DNA of 64,000 nucleotides from Pseudomonadota bacterium (GTDB lineage Bacteria; Pseudomonadota; Alphaproteobacteria; UBA1280; RI-95). Each line of letters begins with the position of its first letter. Position 1 is the stretch's first letter. Under the pieces are notes generated by a model. That model worked only from the letters and a program-made list of their open reading frames with translations, had not been told where the DNA came from and made no database searches. A program made the translations under genes and the position numbers. Below are positions 18,939-28,821 of this stretch, one piece after another. The stretch spans positions 36,954 through 100,953 of the forward strand of contig WGLU01000003.1 of assembly GCA_016125375.1 (NCBI GenBank). The letters run 5' to 3'.

Positions 18939-19929
18939 TTCGCCGGATCCGTATCCGCTGCACGGCGCCAGCCCGTTGAATGGCGGTAAAGTGGCCATTC
19001 TCGGCGACGTGATGGTGGACCGTTTTGTATGGGGCAGTGTGGACCGCATCTCCCCGGAGGCACCGGTGCCTGTTGTGCGCGTGACACGCCGCTCTACACA
19101 TCTGGGTGGTGCTGGTAATGTTGCCCATAACGTAGCAACGCTCGGTGCCATGCCGATTCTGATCGGCCGTCTGGGCCAAGATGAAATGGCCAAGGCCTTT
19201 CAGGAACTCGCCTTCCGTCAGAGGGTGGATACATCTCTGATGACCTACTCGGACGTACCGACAACCAGCAAAACCCGCGTGATTGCGCGCACTCAGCAGG
19301 TTGTGCGTTTTGACGAGGAAGATACCAACATCATGACGCCCGCATTGCGTGGTGAGCTGCTCAATAACCTGCGTCAGGCACGTCTTCAGACGGATGTATT
19401 GATTCTGTCCGACTACGGAAAAGGGATTATTGACCAGGAAATGCTGGATACAGCGCGCGAGCTGTGGGCCGATGGAACAATTCTGGCAGACCCTAAACCC
19501 CGCAAAGGGATTGTCTACAAGGGCGTTACGGGCATGACACCCAACCGTAGCGAAGCACGCCTGCTGGCAGATGAAATGCCGACGGATACGGATGCACAGG
19601 TTGAAGCTGCCGCGCGCTACCTGATGGAAACCTACAACATGCAGCACATCCTGATTACGCGCTCGGAGCAGGGCATGAGCCTGTGTCTGCGCAGTGGTCA
19701 GGTTTTCCATATGCCGACCCATGCCGCACAGGTTGTGGACGTGTCGGGTGCCGGAGATACGGTTATGGCCGTATTTGCAACGGCCATCAGCATGGGTATG
19801 CGCCCTGAGCGGGCAGCCTATCTGGCCAATCTGGCCGGCGGGGTTGTGGTAACAAAACTGGGTACCGCCACCGTGACGTGGGAAGAGATTCTGCAAAAAG
19901 ACCAAGATAACAGAGCTGTAGCCGCATGA
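18922..19929 (+). CDS. rfaE1: D-glycero-beta-D-manno-heptose-7-phosphate kinase (RfaE domain I / HldA, stand-alone)
   Basis: GDVMVDRFVWGSVDRISPEAPVPVV, LSDYGKG, TPNRSEA, DVSGAGDTV. Confidence 0.9.
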   Translation: MPTRFDSPDPYPLHGASPLNGGKVAILGDVMVDRFVWGSVDRISPEAPVPVVRVTRRSTHLGGAGNVAHNVATLGAMPILIGRLGQDEMAKAFQELAFRQRVDTSLMTYSDVPTTSKTRVIARTQQVVRFDEEDTNIMTPALRGELLNNLRQARLQTDVLILSDYGKGIIDQEMLDTARELWADGTILADPKPRKGIVYKGVTGMTPNRSEARLLADEMPTDTDAQVEAAARYLMETYNMQHILITRSEQGMSLCLRSGQVFHMPTHAAQVVDVSGAGDTVMAVFATAISMGMRPERAAYLANLAGGVVVTKLGTATVTWEEILQKDQDNRAVAA

Positions 19930-20660
19930 ACGAAAAAGTACGGGTGATGATACCCTGCCGGATGGCGAGCACCCGCCTTCCGAACAAACCGCTCGCCGAC
20001 ATTGGCGGCAAGCCGATGATTATCCATGTGGCCGAGAAGGCGACAGCTGCCCGCGTTGGGCAGGTCACGGTTGCCTGCGACAGTCAGCAGATTTTCGATG
20101 TTGTTAAAAAGTACGGTTACGACGCTGTCATGACCGATCCGGCGTTGCCAAGCGGCAGTGACCGCATCTGGCAGGGTGTGCAGCGTCTGATGCAAGCAGG
20201 CGAGGAGCGCCCTGATATCATCATCAACGTGCAGGGTGACGAACCCCTGCTGCCGCCGGAACTGGTGCGTGCCTGTCTGCCGCCTTTCTGGCATGACTGG
20301 GTGGATGTTGTTACCTTTGCCCACCCTATCCATGCCGAAGCCGAAAAAATGAACCCCAGCATGGTTAAAGCCGTGACGGACGAAAAACACCGTGCCCTGT
20401 ATTTCTCACGGTCGCCCATCCCTTACGGTGGCGAGGTGCTGAAACGGCACATCGGCATTTATGCATACCGTTATGGTGCCCTCGAGCGCTTCGTGCTGGC
20501 TGAACCCTCGCCGCTGGAGCGTCAGGAAAAACTTGAGCAGCTCCGTGGTTTGGAACTGGGGTTGAACTACTACGTGGGCATGACCGATGCCGCGCCGATT
20601 GGCGTAGACACACCGGAAGATCTGGAGCGGGTCCGCAAAATGGTTATTGCCGCCTCCTGA
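19926..20660 (+). CDS. kdsB: 3-deoxy-manno-octulosonate cytidylyltransferase
   Basis: IPCRMASTRLPNKPLADI, SGSDR, NVQGDEP, ALYFSR, EKLEQLR, GVDTPEDL. Confidence 0.95.
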   Translation: MNEKVRVMIPCRMASTRLPNKPLADIGGKPMIIHVAEKATAARVGQVTVACDSQQIFDVVKKYGYDAVMTDPALPSGSDRIWQGVQRLMQAGEERPDIIINVQGDEPLLPPELVRACLPPFWHDWVDVVTFAHPIHAEAEKMNPSMVKAVTDEKHRALYFSRSPIPYGGEVLKRHIGIYAYRYGALERFVLAEPSPLERQEKLEQLRGLELGLNYYVGMTDAAPIGVDTPEDLERVRKMVIAAS

Positions 20661-20665
20661 AAATG

Positions 20666-20703
20666 AAAAAGGAAAGGGCGCCCGCGGGCGCCCTTCCTCT
20701 TTT
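20666..20703. terminator. Bidirectional terminator
   Basis: aagggcgccc/gggcgccctt stem with A/T flanks. Confidence 0.8.
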
Positions 20704-20723
20704 GCTGGCTAAACAAAACGTGT

Positions 20724-21176
20724 CTACATGAACATCTTCAATGCATCGGCGTAGGCGATGGCGTAGTTGGTGTTCAGGGCAACGGCGAGAGCAAGGTAGT
20801 CGCTCATATCGTTGCTGATAAGGCCGTCAGCACGGGCCTCTGCATATTCCTGAATGGCCAGATACATGCCCAGTGTAAAGTTGACGGCACAAATCTGCTC
20901 AAGGGAGTTATAGGCCTCTTTATCGAAAAGGGTGTTCTTCTTGTCCAGCATGTCGCAGACCGGGACGATGTTCTCATCAAAGGTGTGGTATTCGTCCTTA
21001 AACTCGCGGGCGACCTCACAGACCTTCGGATAGATAATCTTCGCCTGCGCCAGCCGTAAGCTGTAAGGCGGCAGGTCTTCGTCGTTCTCAACAATTTCTG
21101 CGCGTGCGGGCAAGGCATTCATCAGGGCGGCAAGGCCGATTACGGCGCTGAAAATAAAATGTGTCAGTTTTGTCAT
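20724..21176 (-). CDS. Exported hypothetical protein
   Basis: Signal peptide MTKLTHFIFSAVIGLAALMNALPARA; AAGGA SD. Confidence 0.7.
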   Translation of the reverse strand: MTKLTHFIFSAVIGLAALMNALPARAEIVENDEDLPPYSLRLAQAKIIYPKVCEVAREFKDEYHTFDENIVPVCDMLDKKNTLFDKEAYNSLEQICAVNFTLGMYLAIQEYAEARADGLISNDMSDYLALAVALNTNYAIAYADALKMFM

Positions 21177-21289
21177 GTCGAGTTTCCTTACCTTTTGAGG
21201 AACCGCCCTCAACCTTTTATAGGGGGTGGACGCAAGGACGGGTGGGGCAAGGAGCTGATTCTGGGCGTGGTTTTGTGTAAAATACAAAT

Positions 21290-21316
21290 AAAAACAGGCA
21301 CCTACGAGGGTGCCTG
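21290..21316 (-). terminator. Terminator after phaR
   Basis: caggcacc/ggtgcctg stem plus T run on minus strand. Confidence 0.65.
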
Positions 21317-21350
21317 CATATATTTGGAAAACTGACAGTCTAAGGGGGGG

Positions 21351-21911
21351 TTACCCCTTTTTGCGTAGTTTCTCGATTTCAGCATTCAGGGTTTCCACCT
21401 GACGGGTGAGGGCGTCAATCTTGGCTTCCTTGTCGCCATCGCCTTGCGGAATGAACGGGTTGAACATGCCAAACGACTTGCGCAGCATGTCCATATTGCG
21501 GCGTTGCATCTCTTCCAGCGAACCGCCCATAGCGGCAAACGGGTTGAAGCTGCCGAACACCTTTTCCATGTTGTCGCGCATGTTTTCCTGATTCTTGGTG
21601 AACACGTCCATGGTCATTTCCAGATAGTGAGGCACGACCGACTGGAGGGAGTTGTCGTAAAAACGGATGAGCTGACGCAGGAAGTTGATGGGCAACAGGG
21701 CAGCGCCTTTGCTTTCCTCGTCAAAAATAATCTGGGTGAGGACCTGATGGGTAATATCCTTGGCAGTTTTGGCATCCACCACTTCAAACTCCTGACCGTC
21801 TTTAACCATCTGGGCCAGATCATCGAGCGTCACGTACATGCTTGTCTGTGTGTTGTACAGACGGCGGTTGGCGTACTTCTTGATGATGACAATGTTCTCA
21901 GAGCCGCTCAC
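21351..21911 (-). CDS. phaR: Polyhydroxyalkanoate synthesis repressor PhaR
   Basis: IIKKYANRRLYNT..S.YVTL, LTQIIF.EE, LLPINFLRQLIRFY. Confidence 0.95.
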   Translation of the reverse strand: MSGSENIVIIKKYANRRLYNTQTSMYVTLDDLAQMVKDGQEFEVVDAKTAKDITHQVLTQIIFDEESKGAALLPINFLRQLIRFYDNSLQSVVPHYLEMTMDVFTKNQENMRDNMEKVFGSFNPFAAMGGSLEEMQRRNMDMLRKSFGMFNPFIPQGDGDKEAKIDALTRQVETLNAEIEKLRKKG

Positions 21912-21953
21912 AGGCGCATCCTTTCAGCTTGAGTGGTGAGTTATTCTGCAAGA

Positions 21954-21969
21954 TTAAGGTAGTCTTAAC
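21954..21969 (+). promoter_or_regulatory. Consensus CtrA-type box
   Basis: TTAA-ggtagtc-TTAAC (TTAA-N7-TTAAC) in the phaR/phaC divergent region. Confidence 0.55.
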
Positions 21970-22028
21970 GCCGCGGAAGCGCAAACACTTTCTTGACTCC
22001 GTACGCCCGGGTGATATGGTGCCATGCT

Positions 22029-23189
22029 ATGGAAAAAACGCCGCAAGCCCAAGATGTTACCCTGCCGCCGGAGGTGCATGCACTGCGCCAGGCCGCACCG
22101 CGTCCATTGGGCCTTTATATGATGCTGCTTAAAGGGGCCGAAGCGGCGGCTCTGGCGCTTGCACCGGATGACAAAGCCCGCTTAGCAACATCCACCGAGG
22201 CAACGCAGGATATTGCCCGCTTTCTGGAGGGCGTTCAGCGCTACCGAAGTTACCCCTTTTCACGGGCGGCAACGCCCTACACCCTGCTTGCACACTATGG
22301 CCGCTGCGCCCTGCATCACTGCGGCGGTTCTGGTAAGCCTGTTTTTCTGGTGCCTTCCATGGTCAACAAGGCCTACGTGCTGGACCTGCTGCCGGAGGCC
22401 AGCCTTGTCCGCAGCCTGATTGCCGCCGGCCACAGTGTTTACATGCTCGACTGGAACACCCCTGATGGACGGGATGTTCTGTCTTTTGATACTGCGGTGA
22501 CAGATATACTGGTGCCCGCCGTGGGTGCAGCCTGCGCCCACGCCAAACATGCCGATTGCGTTGTGCTGGGCTATTGTATGGGCGGACTGCTGGCGCTGGC
22601 GCTGGCAACCCATGCACCCAAACGTGTGCGTGCACTGGTAGCTGCTGCCACACCGTGGGATTTTTCCGGATCCGTGTTCGGTGCGCTGGTCAAAATGGGC
22701 TACCCTTTTTACGATTTGATGTTGCAAGCGGCACCGCTCGTCCCTGTTGATATGCTGCAAAGCGCGTTTATGCTGTTGGATCCTTTGGGACCCGTAGGCA
22801 GGTTGCAGGCTTTTGCGGCCGAAAGGGATGCTGGCCAGCTGCGCCGGATGGCAGCGATGGAAGACTGGCTGGCCGATGGTATTCCGTTGGAATCCCCCAT
22901 TGCCCGTACCTGCCTGTTCGATTGGTACAAGGACAATAAACCTCTGCATGGGACCTGGCAAGTTGCCGGCAAAACGGTGGATGCGACAGCGATAGATGTG
23001 CCGGTGCTGGTTGCGGTACCCCAACGGGATATTGTTGTTCCCGCACAGTCTGCACGGGCGCTGGCTGGTGTATTGCCACAGGCGACCGTATTGGATGTAC
23101 CAACAGGTCATATCGGCATGATGGTCGGCCGTAAGGCACAAACAGGGTTTTTTGACCCGTTATCCAACTGGCTTGCACGTCTGCCATAA
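22029..23189 (+). CDS. phaC: PhaC-like PHA synthase (short, class III-type alpha/beta hydrolase)
   Basis: VPSMVNKAYVLDL, GYCMGG catalytic Cys box, DIVVP, GHIG; lies between phaR and phaA. Confidence 0.8.
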   Translation: MEKTPQAQDVTLPPEVHALRQAAPRPLGLYMMLLKGAEAAALALAPDDKARLATSTEATQDIARFLEGVQRYRSYPFSRAATPYTLLAHYGRCALHHCGGSGKPVFLVPSMVNKAYVLDLLPEASLVRSLIAAGHSVYMLDWNTPDGRDVLSFDTAVTDILVPAVGAACAHAKHADCVVLGYCMGGLLALALATHAPKRVRALVAAATPWDFSGSVFGALVKMGYPFYDLMLQAAPLVPVDMLQSAFMLLDPLGPVGRLQAFAAERDAGQLRRMAAMEDWLADGIPLESPIARTCLFDWYKDNKPLHGTWQVAGKTVDATAIDVPVLVAVPQRDIVVPAQSARALAGVLPQATVLDVPTGHIGMMVGRKAQTGFFDPLSNWLARLP

Positions 23190-23234
23190 GCTGCTGTGGC
23201 CTATGACAGGTGATGTGCGGCTTGGGAAAAGCCG

Positions 23235-23263
23235 TTGACTTTTGCACCTGCGAAGAGGATGTT
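23235..23263 (+). promoter_or_regulatory. phaA promoter with TGC-rich putative PhaR box in the spacer
   Basis: TTGACT-N17-GATGTT; TGCACCTGCGAA at 23243-54. Confidence 0.5.
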
Positions 23264-23307
23264 TATAGGGCTTGCCGATTTCCTCATTTCATAAGGAGTA
23301 TGATCTT

Positions 23308-24486
23308 ATGGCTCTTCCCCGCATTGCTATTGTATCCGCCGTCCGCACCCCCATCGGGTCGTTTTTGGGCGCCCTGAAAGACCAGAGTGCCGCACAGCTT
23401 GGTGCGGTTGTGATTGCCGAAGCACTGAAACGTGCCAAGGTGAAAGGTCAGGATGTGTCTGACGTGATTATGGGTCAGGTGCTGACCGCTGCGGTGGGGC
23501 AAAACCCTGCCCGTCAGGCGGCAATGGCTGCCGGTGTGCCGGAAACCGTACCGGCCATGACCATCAATTACGTTTGCGGGTCGGGTCTGCGGGCTTTGAT
23601 TCTGGGTATGCAGGCCATCCAGAGCGGTGATGCGGAAATCGTTGTCGCTGGCGGGCAGGAAAGCATGTCCCGCGCGCCCCATGCGGTCCCGATGCGTGAC
23701 GGTCTTAAAATGGGTGACGGCAAAATGGTCGACACCATGGTGTTTGACGGCCTGACCGATATTTTCAACAACTACCATATGGGCATCACGGCCGAGAACG
23801 TTGCGGAAAAGTTCCAGATTACCCGCGAACAACAGGATGCTTTCTCTCTACGTTCACAGGAAAAAGCGGCCGCAGCCATTGCTGCCGGTAAGTTCGCCGA
23901 TGAAATTGTTCCAGTTACCATTCCGCAGCGTAAGGGTGATCCTGTTGTGTTTGCGCAGGATGAATATCCTCGCGCAACAAGTCAGGACAAGCTTGCTGCA
24001 CTCAAGCCAGCCTTCAAGGCCGATGGGACAGTAACCGCGGGTAATGCTTCGGGCATCAACGACGGCGCTGCCGCTGTGGTGCTGATGAGCGAGGCAGAAG
24101 CCAAAAAACGCGGTCTGGAGCCTTTGGCCTATATCGTAGCCAGCGGACTTGCCGGTGTTGATCCGGCGCTGATGGGCATTGGGCCGGTTCCTGCAAGCCG
24201 TAAGGCGCTTGAGAAAGCTGGCTGGAGCGTGGCCGACTTGGACCTGGTTGAGGCGAACGAAGCGTTTGCGTCGCAGTCTGTCGCTGTTGGCCGCGAACTG
24301 GGTATCGACGATGCCAAACTGAACGTCAACGGCGGCGCAATTGCGCTCGGTCACCCTATCGGTGCCAGCGGTTGCCGTGTGCTGGTGACCTTGGTGCATG
24401 AGCTGAAGCGTCGTAATGCCAAGCGTGGCCTTGCCACGCTGTGTATCGGCGGCGGTATGGGTGTTGCATTGGCGGTTGAACGCTAA
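23308..24486 (+). CDS. phaA: Acetyl-CoA C-acetyltransferase (beta-ketothiolase)
   Basis: [34 protein letters not shown]. Confidence 0.95.
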   Translation: MALPRIAIVSAVRTPIGSFLGALKDQSAAQLGAVVIAEALKRAKVKGQDVSDVIMGQVLTAAVGQNPARQAAMAAGVPETVPAMTINYVCGSGLRALILGMQAIQSGDAEIVVAGGQESMSRAPHAVPMRDGLKMGDGKMVDTMVFDGLTDIFNNYHMGITAENVAEKFQITREQQDAFSLRSQEKAAAAIAAGKFADEIVPVTIPQRKGDPVVFAQDEYPRATSQDKLAALKPAFKADGTVTAGNASGINDGAAAVVLMSEAEAKKRGLEPLAYIVASGLAGVDPALMGIGPVPASRKALEKAGWSVADLDLVEANEAFASQSVAVGRELGIDDAKLNVNGGAIALGHPIGASGCRVLVTLVHELKRRNAKRGLATLCIGGGMGVALAVER

Positions 24487-24503
24487 GACTGGGAATGTTC
24501 TTG

Positions 24504-24532
24504 AAAAAACCGCCCTTCGGGGCGGTTTTTTT
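24504..24532. terminator. Bidirectional terminator
   Basis: aaaaaaccgccc-ttcg-gggcggttttttt. Confidence 0.9.
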
Positions 24533-24533
24533 G

Positions 24534-24857
24534 CTACAGGCGTTTGTCCTGATCTTCGGTGGATGTGAGGCTTTTCAGCTTTTCCCACATGGCGGCACGG
24601 AGCTTGTCGCTGTAAGGTTTGAGGTGGGGTTCCACGTACAATTTGAACGGCCCGGGCGGCACGGGAAGGCCAGTGCGTTTGGCCAACTCGCGGGGCAGGT
24701 AGTAATAGCAGATATAGAGCGTGTACAAAAAGCCGCTGAAAGGTAGCAGAACGTTCAGCAGGAGCAGGCGGACAAAACCATTGAGCTGAAAACTCATTGC
24801 CAGGTATACCGTTGCAATACAAGACCCGACCCATAACAGCATAAACAGAAAACTCAT
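24534..24857 (-). CDS. Small two-TM hypothetical membrane protein
   Basis: 107 aa, two hydrophobic segments, AGGGA SD, ends at terminator. Confidence 0.65.
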   Translation of the reverse strand: MSFLFMLLWVGSCIATVYLAMSFQLNGFVRLLLLNVLLPFSGFLYTLYICYYYLPRELAKRTGLPVPPGPFKLYVEPHLKPYSDKLRAAMWEKLKSLTSTEDQDKRL

Positions 24858-24937
24858 AGCCGCATTATCCCTGGCTGTTGTTTTTCACTATCTTACACAT
24901 GTGGCGGTGGCTTTGGCCAGTTTCCAGCGTAAGGTGG

Positions 24938-25654
24938 CTAAAAACTGTCTTTCTTCCGTCTTAGCTCGGCAAAAGTGTCAGTTGTTTTGGCGAGCAGGAA
25001 AACATTGGTCTTCTTTTCTACGCCAAGCGTGGAGGGCACTGTTGGCTTGCCTTGTTCACGCAGTCGGCTTACGTTCCCGGCACGTTCGGCAATGGCCGGG
25101 TTATCCGGCGCAATGTGGCAGGCAAAGGCCATATTGGCCTGTGTATACTCGTGGGCGCAAAAAATGCGGGTATCATCCGGCAGGGCGGCCAGTTTTTGCA
25201 GGCTGGCAAACATTTGCTCCGGCGTTCCTTCGAACAGTCGGCCACAGCCGCCTGCAAACAGCGTATCACCGCAAAAAAGCGCGCTGTCTTTTGCAAAATA
25301 ATAGGCGATATGGCCGCGTGTATGGCCGGGTACAAAAAGCACGGTAGCTGCGCAATGACCAACATGCACCGTATCACCCTCGGCGACCTGCTGCCGGATG
25401 CAAGGTATCCGGGCCGCATCTACCGCTGCGCCAATAACTGTGCAGCCGTACTGGTCAACCAACGCGGCATTACCGCCCACATGGTCGTTGTGGTGGTGGG
25501 TGTTGAGAATCATATCAAGTTTTGTCGCGCCCAAGGCCGCCATAACTGGTTGGGCCTGCGCCGGATCTACAACGGCAGTTGTACCTGTTTCCGTACAGCG
25601 GAGCAGATAGATGTAATTATCCGTCAAAACAGGGAGTTGCTGGATGTCGAGCAT
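24938..25654 (-). CDS. gloB: Hydroxyacylglutathione hydrolase (glyoxalase II)
   Basis: DNYIY, THHHNDHVGG, PGHTRGH, GDTLF..GCGR, CAHEYT, LRRKKD. Confidence 0.95.
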   Translation of the reverse strand: MLDIQQLPVLTDNYIYLLRCTETGTTAVVDPAQAQPVMAALGATKLDMILNTHHHNDHVGGNAALVDQYGCTVIGAAVDAARIPCIRQQVAEGDTVHVGHCAATVLFVPGHTRGHIAYYFAKDSALFCGDTLFAGGCGRLFEGTPEQMFASLQKLAALPDDTRIFCAHEYTQANMAFACHIAPDNPAIAERAGNVSRLREQGKPTVPSTLGVEKKTNVFLLAKTTDTFAELRRKKDSF

Positions 25655-25729
25655 GGGGTTCGCCTTTTTTCTCCTTGGCGGGTATGATAGCCTCTGCATA
25701 CCTGCTGAACAAGGAAAGGCCGTTTAAGC

Positions 25730-26455
25730 GTGTGGGTTGATGTTCTCCGCCTGCGTGACTGGTACCGCACCCGGACGGGCTGCGTGGCCGCGGGTATTGT
25801 GAACGATTATCTGCACAAGCTGTGGCCGCCGTTGCATGGGCGGCGGGTTCTTTCTCTCGGGTTTGGATTGCCGTATCTGGAAGGATATCAGGACGATCCG
25901 TTTATTTTTGCTGCCATGCCCGCCCAGATGGGCGTGCTCCAATGGCCAGCCAACCACGAGAGCAGAACCCTGATGACGTGGGAGGCTGAGCTGCCTTTTG
26001 CCGATGACTCTTTTGACTATGTTCTGCTGACCCATGCACTGGAGTTCAGTGGTGATCCGGACAGGTTGCTAGCGGAGCTTTTCCGGGTTTTGCGGGCGGA
26101 TGGCCGTTTGCTGATCGTTGTGCCCAACCGGTTGGGTGTCTGGTCACGCCGTGAGATTACCCCTTTTGCCCGTGGGCGGCCCTACAGCAGTATCGAGCTG
26201 AACCGGCTGTTCCGGCGGAATAACTTTATGGTCACACAATCCGTGTATGGGTTGTTTGTGCCACCAACACGCCGCCGCTGGGTGCTTAAACACGCCAAGA
26301 CGTTCGAGAAGATAGGCCAGCGCTGGCACCCGCCGGTGGGCGGCCTGTTGCTGGTGGAAGGGCGCAAGGAGGTTTATGGCGGTAAGGTGGTACGTGTGAA
26401 ATCCGGCTACCGCCGCAACATGATGCCCATTCCGGCGACGGAGGGTGGGTTTTGA
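25730..26455 (+). CDS. Class I SAM-dependent methyltransferase (YafS-like)
   Basis: DV..LR.WY, LGFGLPYL, MPAQMGV..WP, LPFADDSFD, VPNR.G.W; divergent from gloB. Confidence 0.85.
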   Translation: MWVDVLRLRDWYRTRTGCVAAGIVNDYLHKLWPPLHGRRVLSLGFGLPYLEGYQDDPFIFAAMPAQMGVLQWPANHESRTLMTWEAELPFADDSFDYVLLTHALEFSGDPDRLLAELFRVLRADGRLLIVVPNRLGVWSRREITPFARGRPYSSIELNRLFRRNNFMVTQSVYGLFVPPTRRRWVLKHAKTFEKIGQRWHPPVGGLLLVEGRKEVYGGKVVRVKSGYRRNMMPIPATEGGF

Positions 26456-27099
26456 AAAAGCTTCTGCTCTTGCTGGTGTTGTTTTGGGCCGTGCCTGCCG
26501 GTGCCCAGACCCGTATGGACGAGATGCGCCAGTACCTCAGCCAGATGGCGGAGGCCGCCCCCAATGACGATGCCCGCACCGTTTATACGGCAGCACTGAG
26601 TGCATTGGAGCATGGCCAGTTGGAGCACCCTGCTTTTGTTGCAGCCCTGAACGAGTTGAAACGCCAGAACAGTATCAAGCGTGTGCTGATGGATGTGGAG
26701 TCCATCACGGCTGCGTACAGTCTTTTTTCGCTGGAAACAGGCAAAGACACTCAGAATATCAATGACCTGAGCAAGAACCCCGGACTGGAGGGCTGGCACG
26801 GCCCCTATGTGGAACAGCAGCCGCCGCTGGGGGGCGAGTTCGGGCTGTATGATGTATTTTTTGCGCCGTTTGTTCCGGAAGGCCTGCCCCAACCCGGTAC
26901 CTGCACCAAGAGCACACCGGCCGTGCCATGCCTGATTTGGTTGCGGATGACCGACCTGCCGGACTGGGTAACGGAAGAGGTGGAAGTGACATTGGACACC
27001 CGCGCCGGTGTAAGTGGAACAAACGGCGTGTGGCGTTACGGCCCGGTACGCAGTGGCGTGCAGGATGCCTACTACACACTGGCAGAGGTTCTGCCATGA
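26452..27099 (+). CDS. Exported protein with GspG/pseudopilin-like globular segment
   Basis: TTG start, Sec-type signal; I.AAYSLF.LETG....DL..NP...GWHGPY resembles the GspG head. Confidence 0.6.
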   Translation: MKKLLLLLVLFWAVPAGAQTRMDEMRQYLSQMAEAAPNDDARTVYTAALSALEHGQLEHPAFVAALNELKRQNSIKRVLMDVESITAAYSLFSLETGKDTQNINDLSKNPGLEGWHGPYVEQQPPLGGEFGLYDVFFAPFVPEGLPQPGTCTKSTPAVPCLIWLRMTDLPDWVTEEVEVTLDTRAGVSGTNGVWRYGPVRSGVQDAYYTLAEVLP

Positions 27100-27629
27100 C
27101 CATTCTGGTAACAGGTTTCGGCCCTTTTGGCGAGGTGGCGGATAATCCATCGGCCCGTTTGGTCCGGGCACTTGCCAGTGATGTGGATGTGTACGCCCGC
27201 GTGCTGGATACCAGCTATAACCGTGCTGCCCGCCGGTTGTGTAACCTGATGGACGAGGTTAAGCCCTCCGTTGTGCTGTCTTTCGGTGTGGGGCGCAGCA
27301 GGCAGGTGATGGAGCTGGAGCGGACGGCGTGTAACCGCAATAGCTGTCAGATTGCGGATGTGGATGGCGACCTGCGTCTGGACCAGCCGATTGCGCCGGG
27401 CTTTGAAGATTTACAGACGGTGTTTGATGTGGATGCCCTTGCGGCCTCCGTCGGGTGCGGCACGTCGGACGATGCGGGCGGCTATGTGTGCAACCACCTG
27501 TATTTCGAGGGGCTGCGCCACCTGCTGGATACGCCTCAGGCCGGACGCATGCTGTTTGCCCATATCCCGCCGGAAGGCGACTGCCTGCCACAGGCACGCG
27601 CGCTGCTGGCGTTGTTGCGCGGCGTTTAA
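27096..27629 (+). CDS. pcp: Pyroglutamyl-peptidase I (C15)
   Basis: ILVTGFGPFG...NPS, LER.A.N, S.DAGGYVCNHLYF, FAHIP. Confidence 0.88.
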   Translation: MTILVTGFGPFGEVADNPSARLVRALASDVDVYARVLDTSYNRAARRLCNLMDEVKPSVVLSFGVGRSRQVMELERTACNRNSCQIADVDGDLRLDQPIAPGFEDLQTVFDVDALAASVGCGTSDDAGGYVCNHLYFEGLRHLLDTPQAGRMLFAHIPPEGDCLPQARALLALLRGV

Positions 27630-28787
27630 TCAGACAGGTTTATCGTTGCTGGCCGCAAGCCGGGTGAGGGGGGTGTCGGCCTGAGCTTCCCCTTCGTGGT
27701 GTTGCAGTTCGTCGATTTTATCCAGTTGCCGTTCCAGCATACGGGTACGGGTGGTCGCGAGGGTCTGGAACTCCTTCTGGGCGCTGTCCAGACGCTGGCC
27801 GACTTTATCCATCACTTCGGTGAACTTGCCCCATTGGCTGCGAAAATCGCCCAAGACACGTAAAATCTCGCCTGCCGTGCGTTCCAAGCGGAAGTTATCC
27901 ATCGCCTGACGGATAACAGCCAACACCGCGTACAGGGTGATGGGCGAGCAGAGGATGACCTTGTTCTTGAGAGCTTCATCCAGCAGGTTGGGGTCCATTT
28001 CGTGCAGGAAGGCGTAGACCTGCTCGTTGGGGATGAACAGCAGGACATAATCGAGGGTGGTGTCGCCCGCCGCGTCGATATAACCCCGTTTGGTGAGCTC
28101 CTTGACGCGGTCGCGGGCGTCGCGCAGGAACTGCTCCTTATGGGCCTGACGCTCCATGTCGCTGCCGGCCTCCAGATAGCGCAGGTAGCTGTCGAACGGG
28201 AACTTGACGTCCATGTTCACCATCTGGCCATGGGGCAGGTTAAAGGTGTAGTCGGGGCGGCCACCGGCATTTTCCAGCGTTTTTTGCTTATGGTAGTTGA
28301 TGCCTTCAATAAAACCGGCCATGCGCAGCACATCCTCGGCCATGCGCTCGCCCCACTGGCCGCGGGCTTTGGTATTGGCCAGCGCCGCGCGCAGGTGGTT
28401 GGCGGTTTCCTGCAATTTATCGGTTTGCTGGGCCGCGCGTTTGAGCTCGTCACTGAGCTGGCCGAACTTCTGATGGCGGTCTTTTTCCAGTGTGTTCATC
28501 ATGGTCTGGACCTTGTCCAGCTCGGCCTTCATGGCGACCAGCGTACCGTCGATGAGCTGTTTTTTGCCGTCGAGGTCTTTTTCACCCGTCTGGGTTTGTT
28601 TGCTCAGGGTTTCGTTCGCCAGGTGGAGGAACTGCTCGGTGTTCTGGCGCAGCACGTCGGCGCTGAGACGCGCAAAGGCATCCTGCATGGTGCTCAGCGC
28701 ACGCTGGCGCCAAAAAGCGTAACCAAAGCCGGTGGCGAGGCCCAGAACAAGACCGGCGACGAACAACAGGGCGGGGAACATTTCCAC
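27630..28787 (-). CDS. rmuC: DNA recombination protein RmuC
   Basis: N-terminal TM, coiled coil, RGQWGE, RPD, DVKFP, FIPNE, SPITL; GTG 28787 after AAGGAG. Confidence 0.92.
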   Translation of the reverse strand: MEMFPALLFVAGLVLGLATGFGYAFWRQRALSTMQDAFARLSADVLRQNTEQFLHLANETLSKQTQTGEKDLDGKKQLIDGTLVAMKAELDKVQTMMNTLEKDRHQKFGQLSDELKRAAQQTDKLQETANHLRAALANTKARGQWGERMAEDVLRMAGFIEGINYHKQKTLENAGGRPDYTFNLPHGQMVNMDVKFPFDSYLRYLEAGSDMERQAHKEQFLRDARDRVKELTKRGYIDAAGDTTLDYVLLFIPNEQVYAFLHEMDPNLLDEALKNKVILCSPITLYAVLAVIRQAMDNFRLERTAGEILRVLGDFRSQWGKFTEVMDKVGQRLDSAQKEFQTLATTRTRMLERQLDKIDELQHHEGEAQADTPLTRLAASNDKPV

Positions 28788-28821
28788 GGGCAAACTCCTT
28801 TTTCATCCCTGACTATACCGC

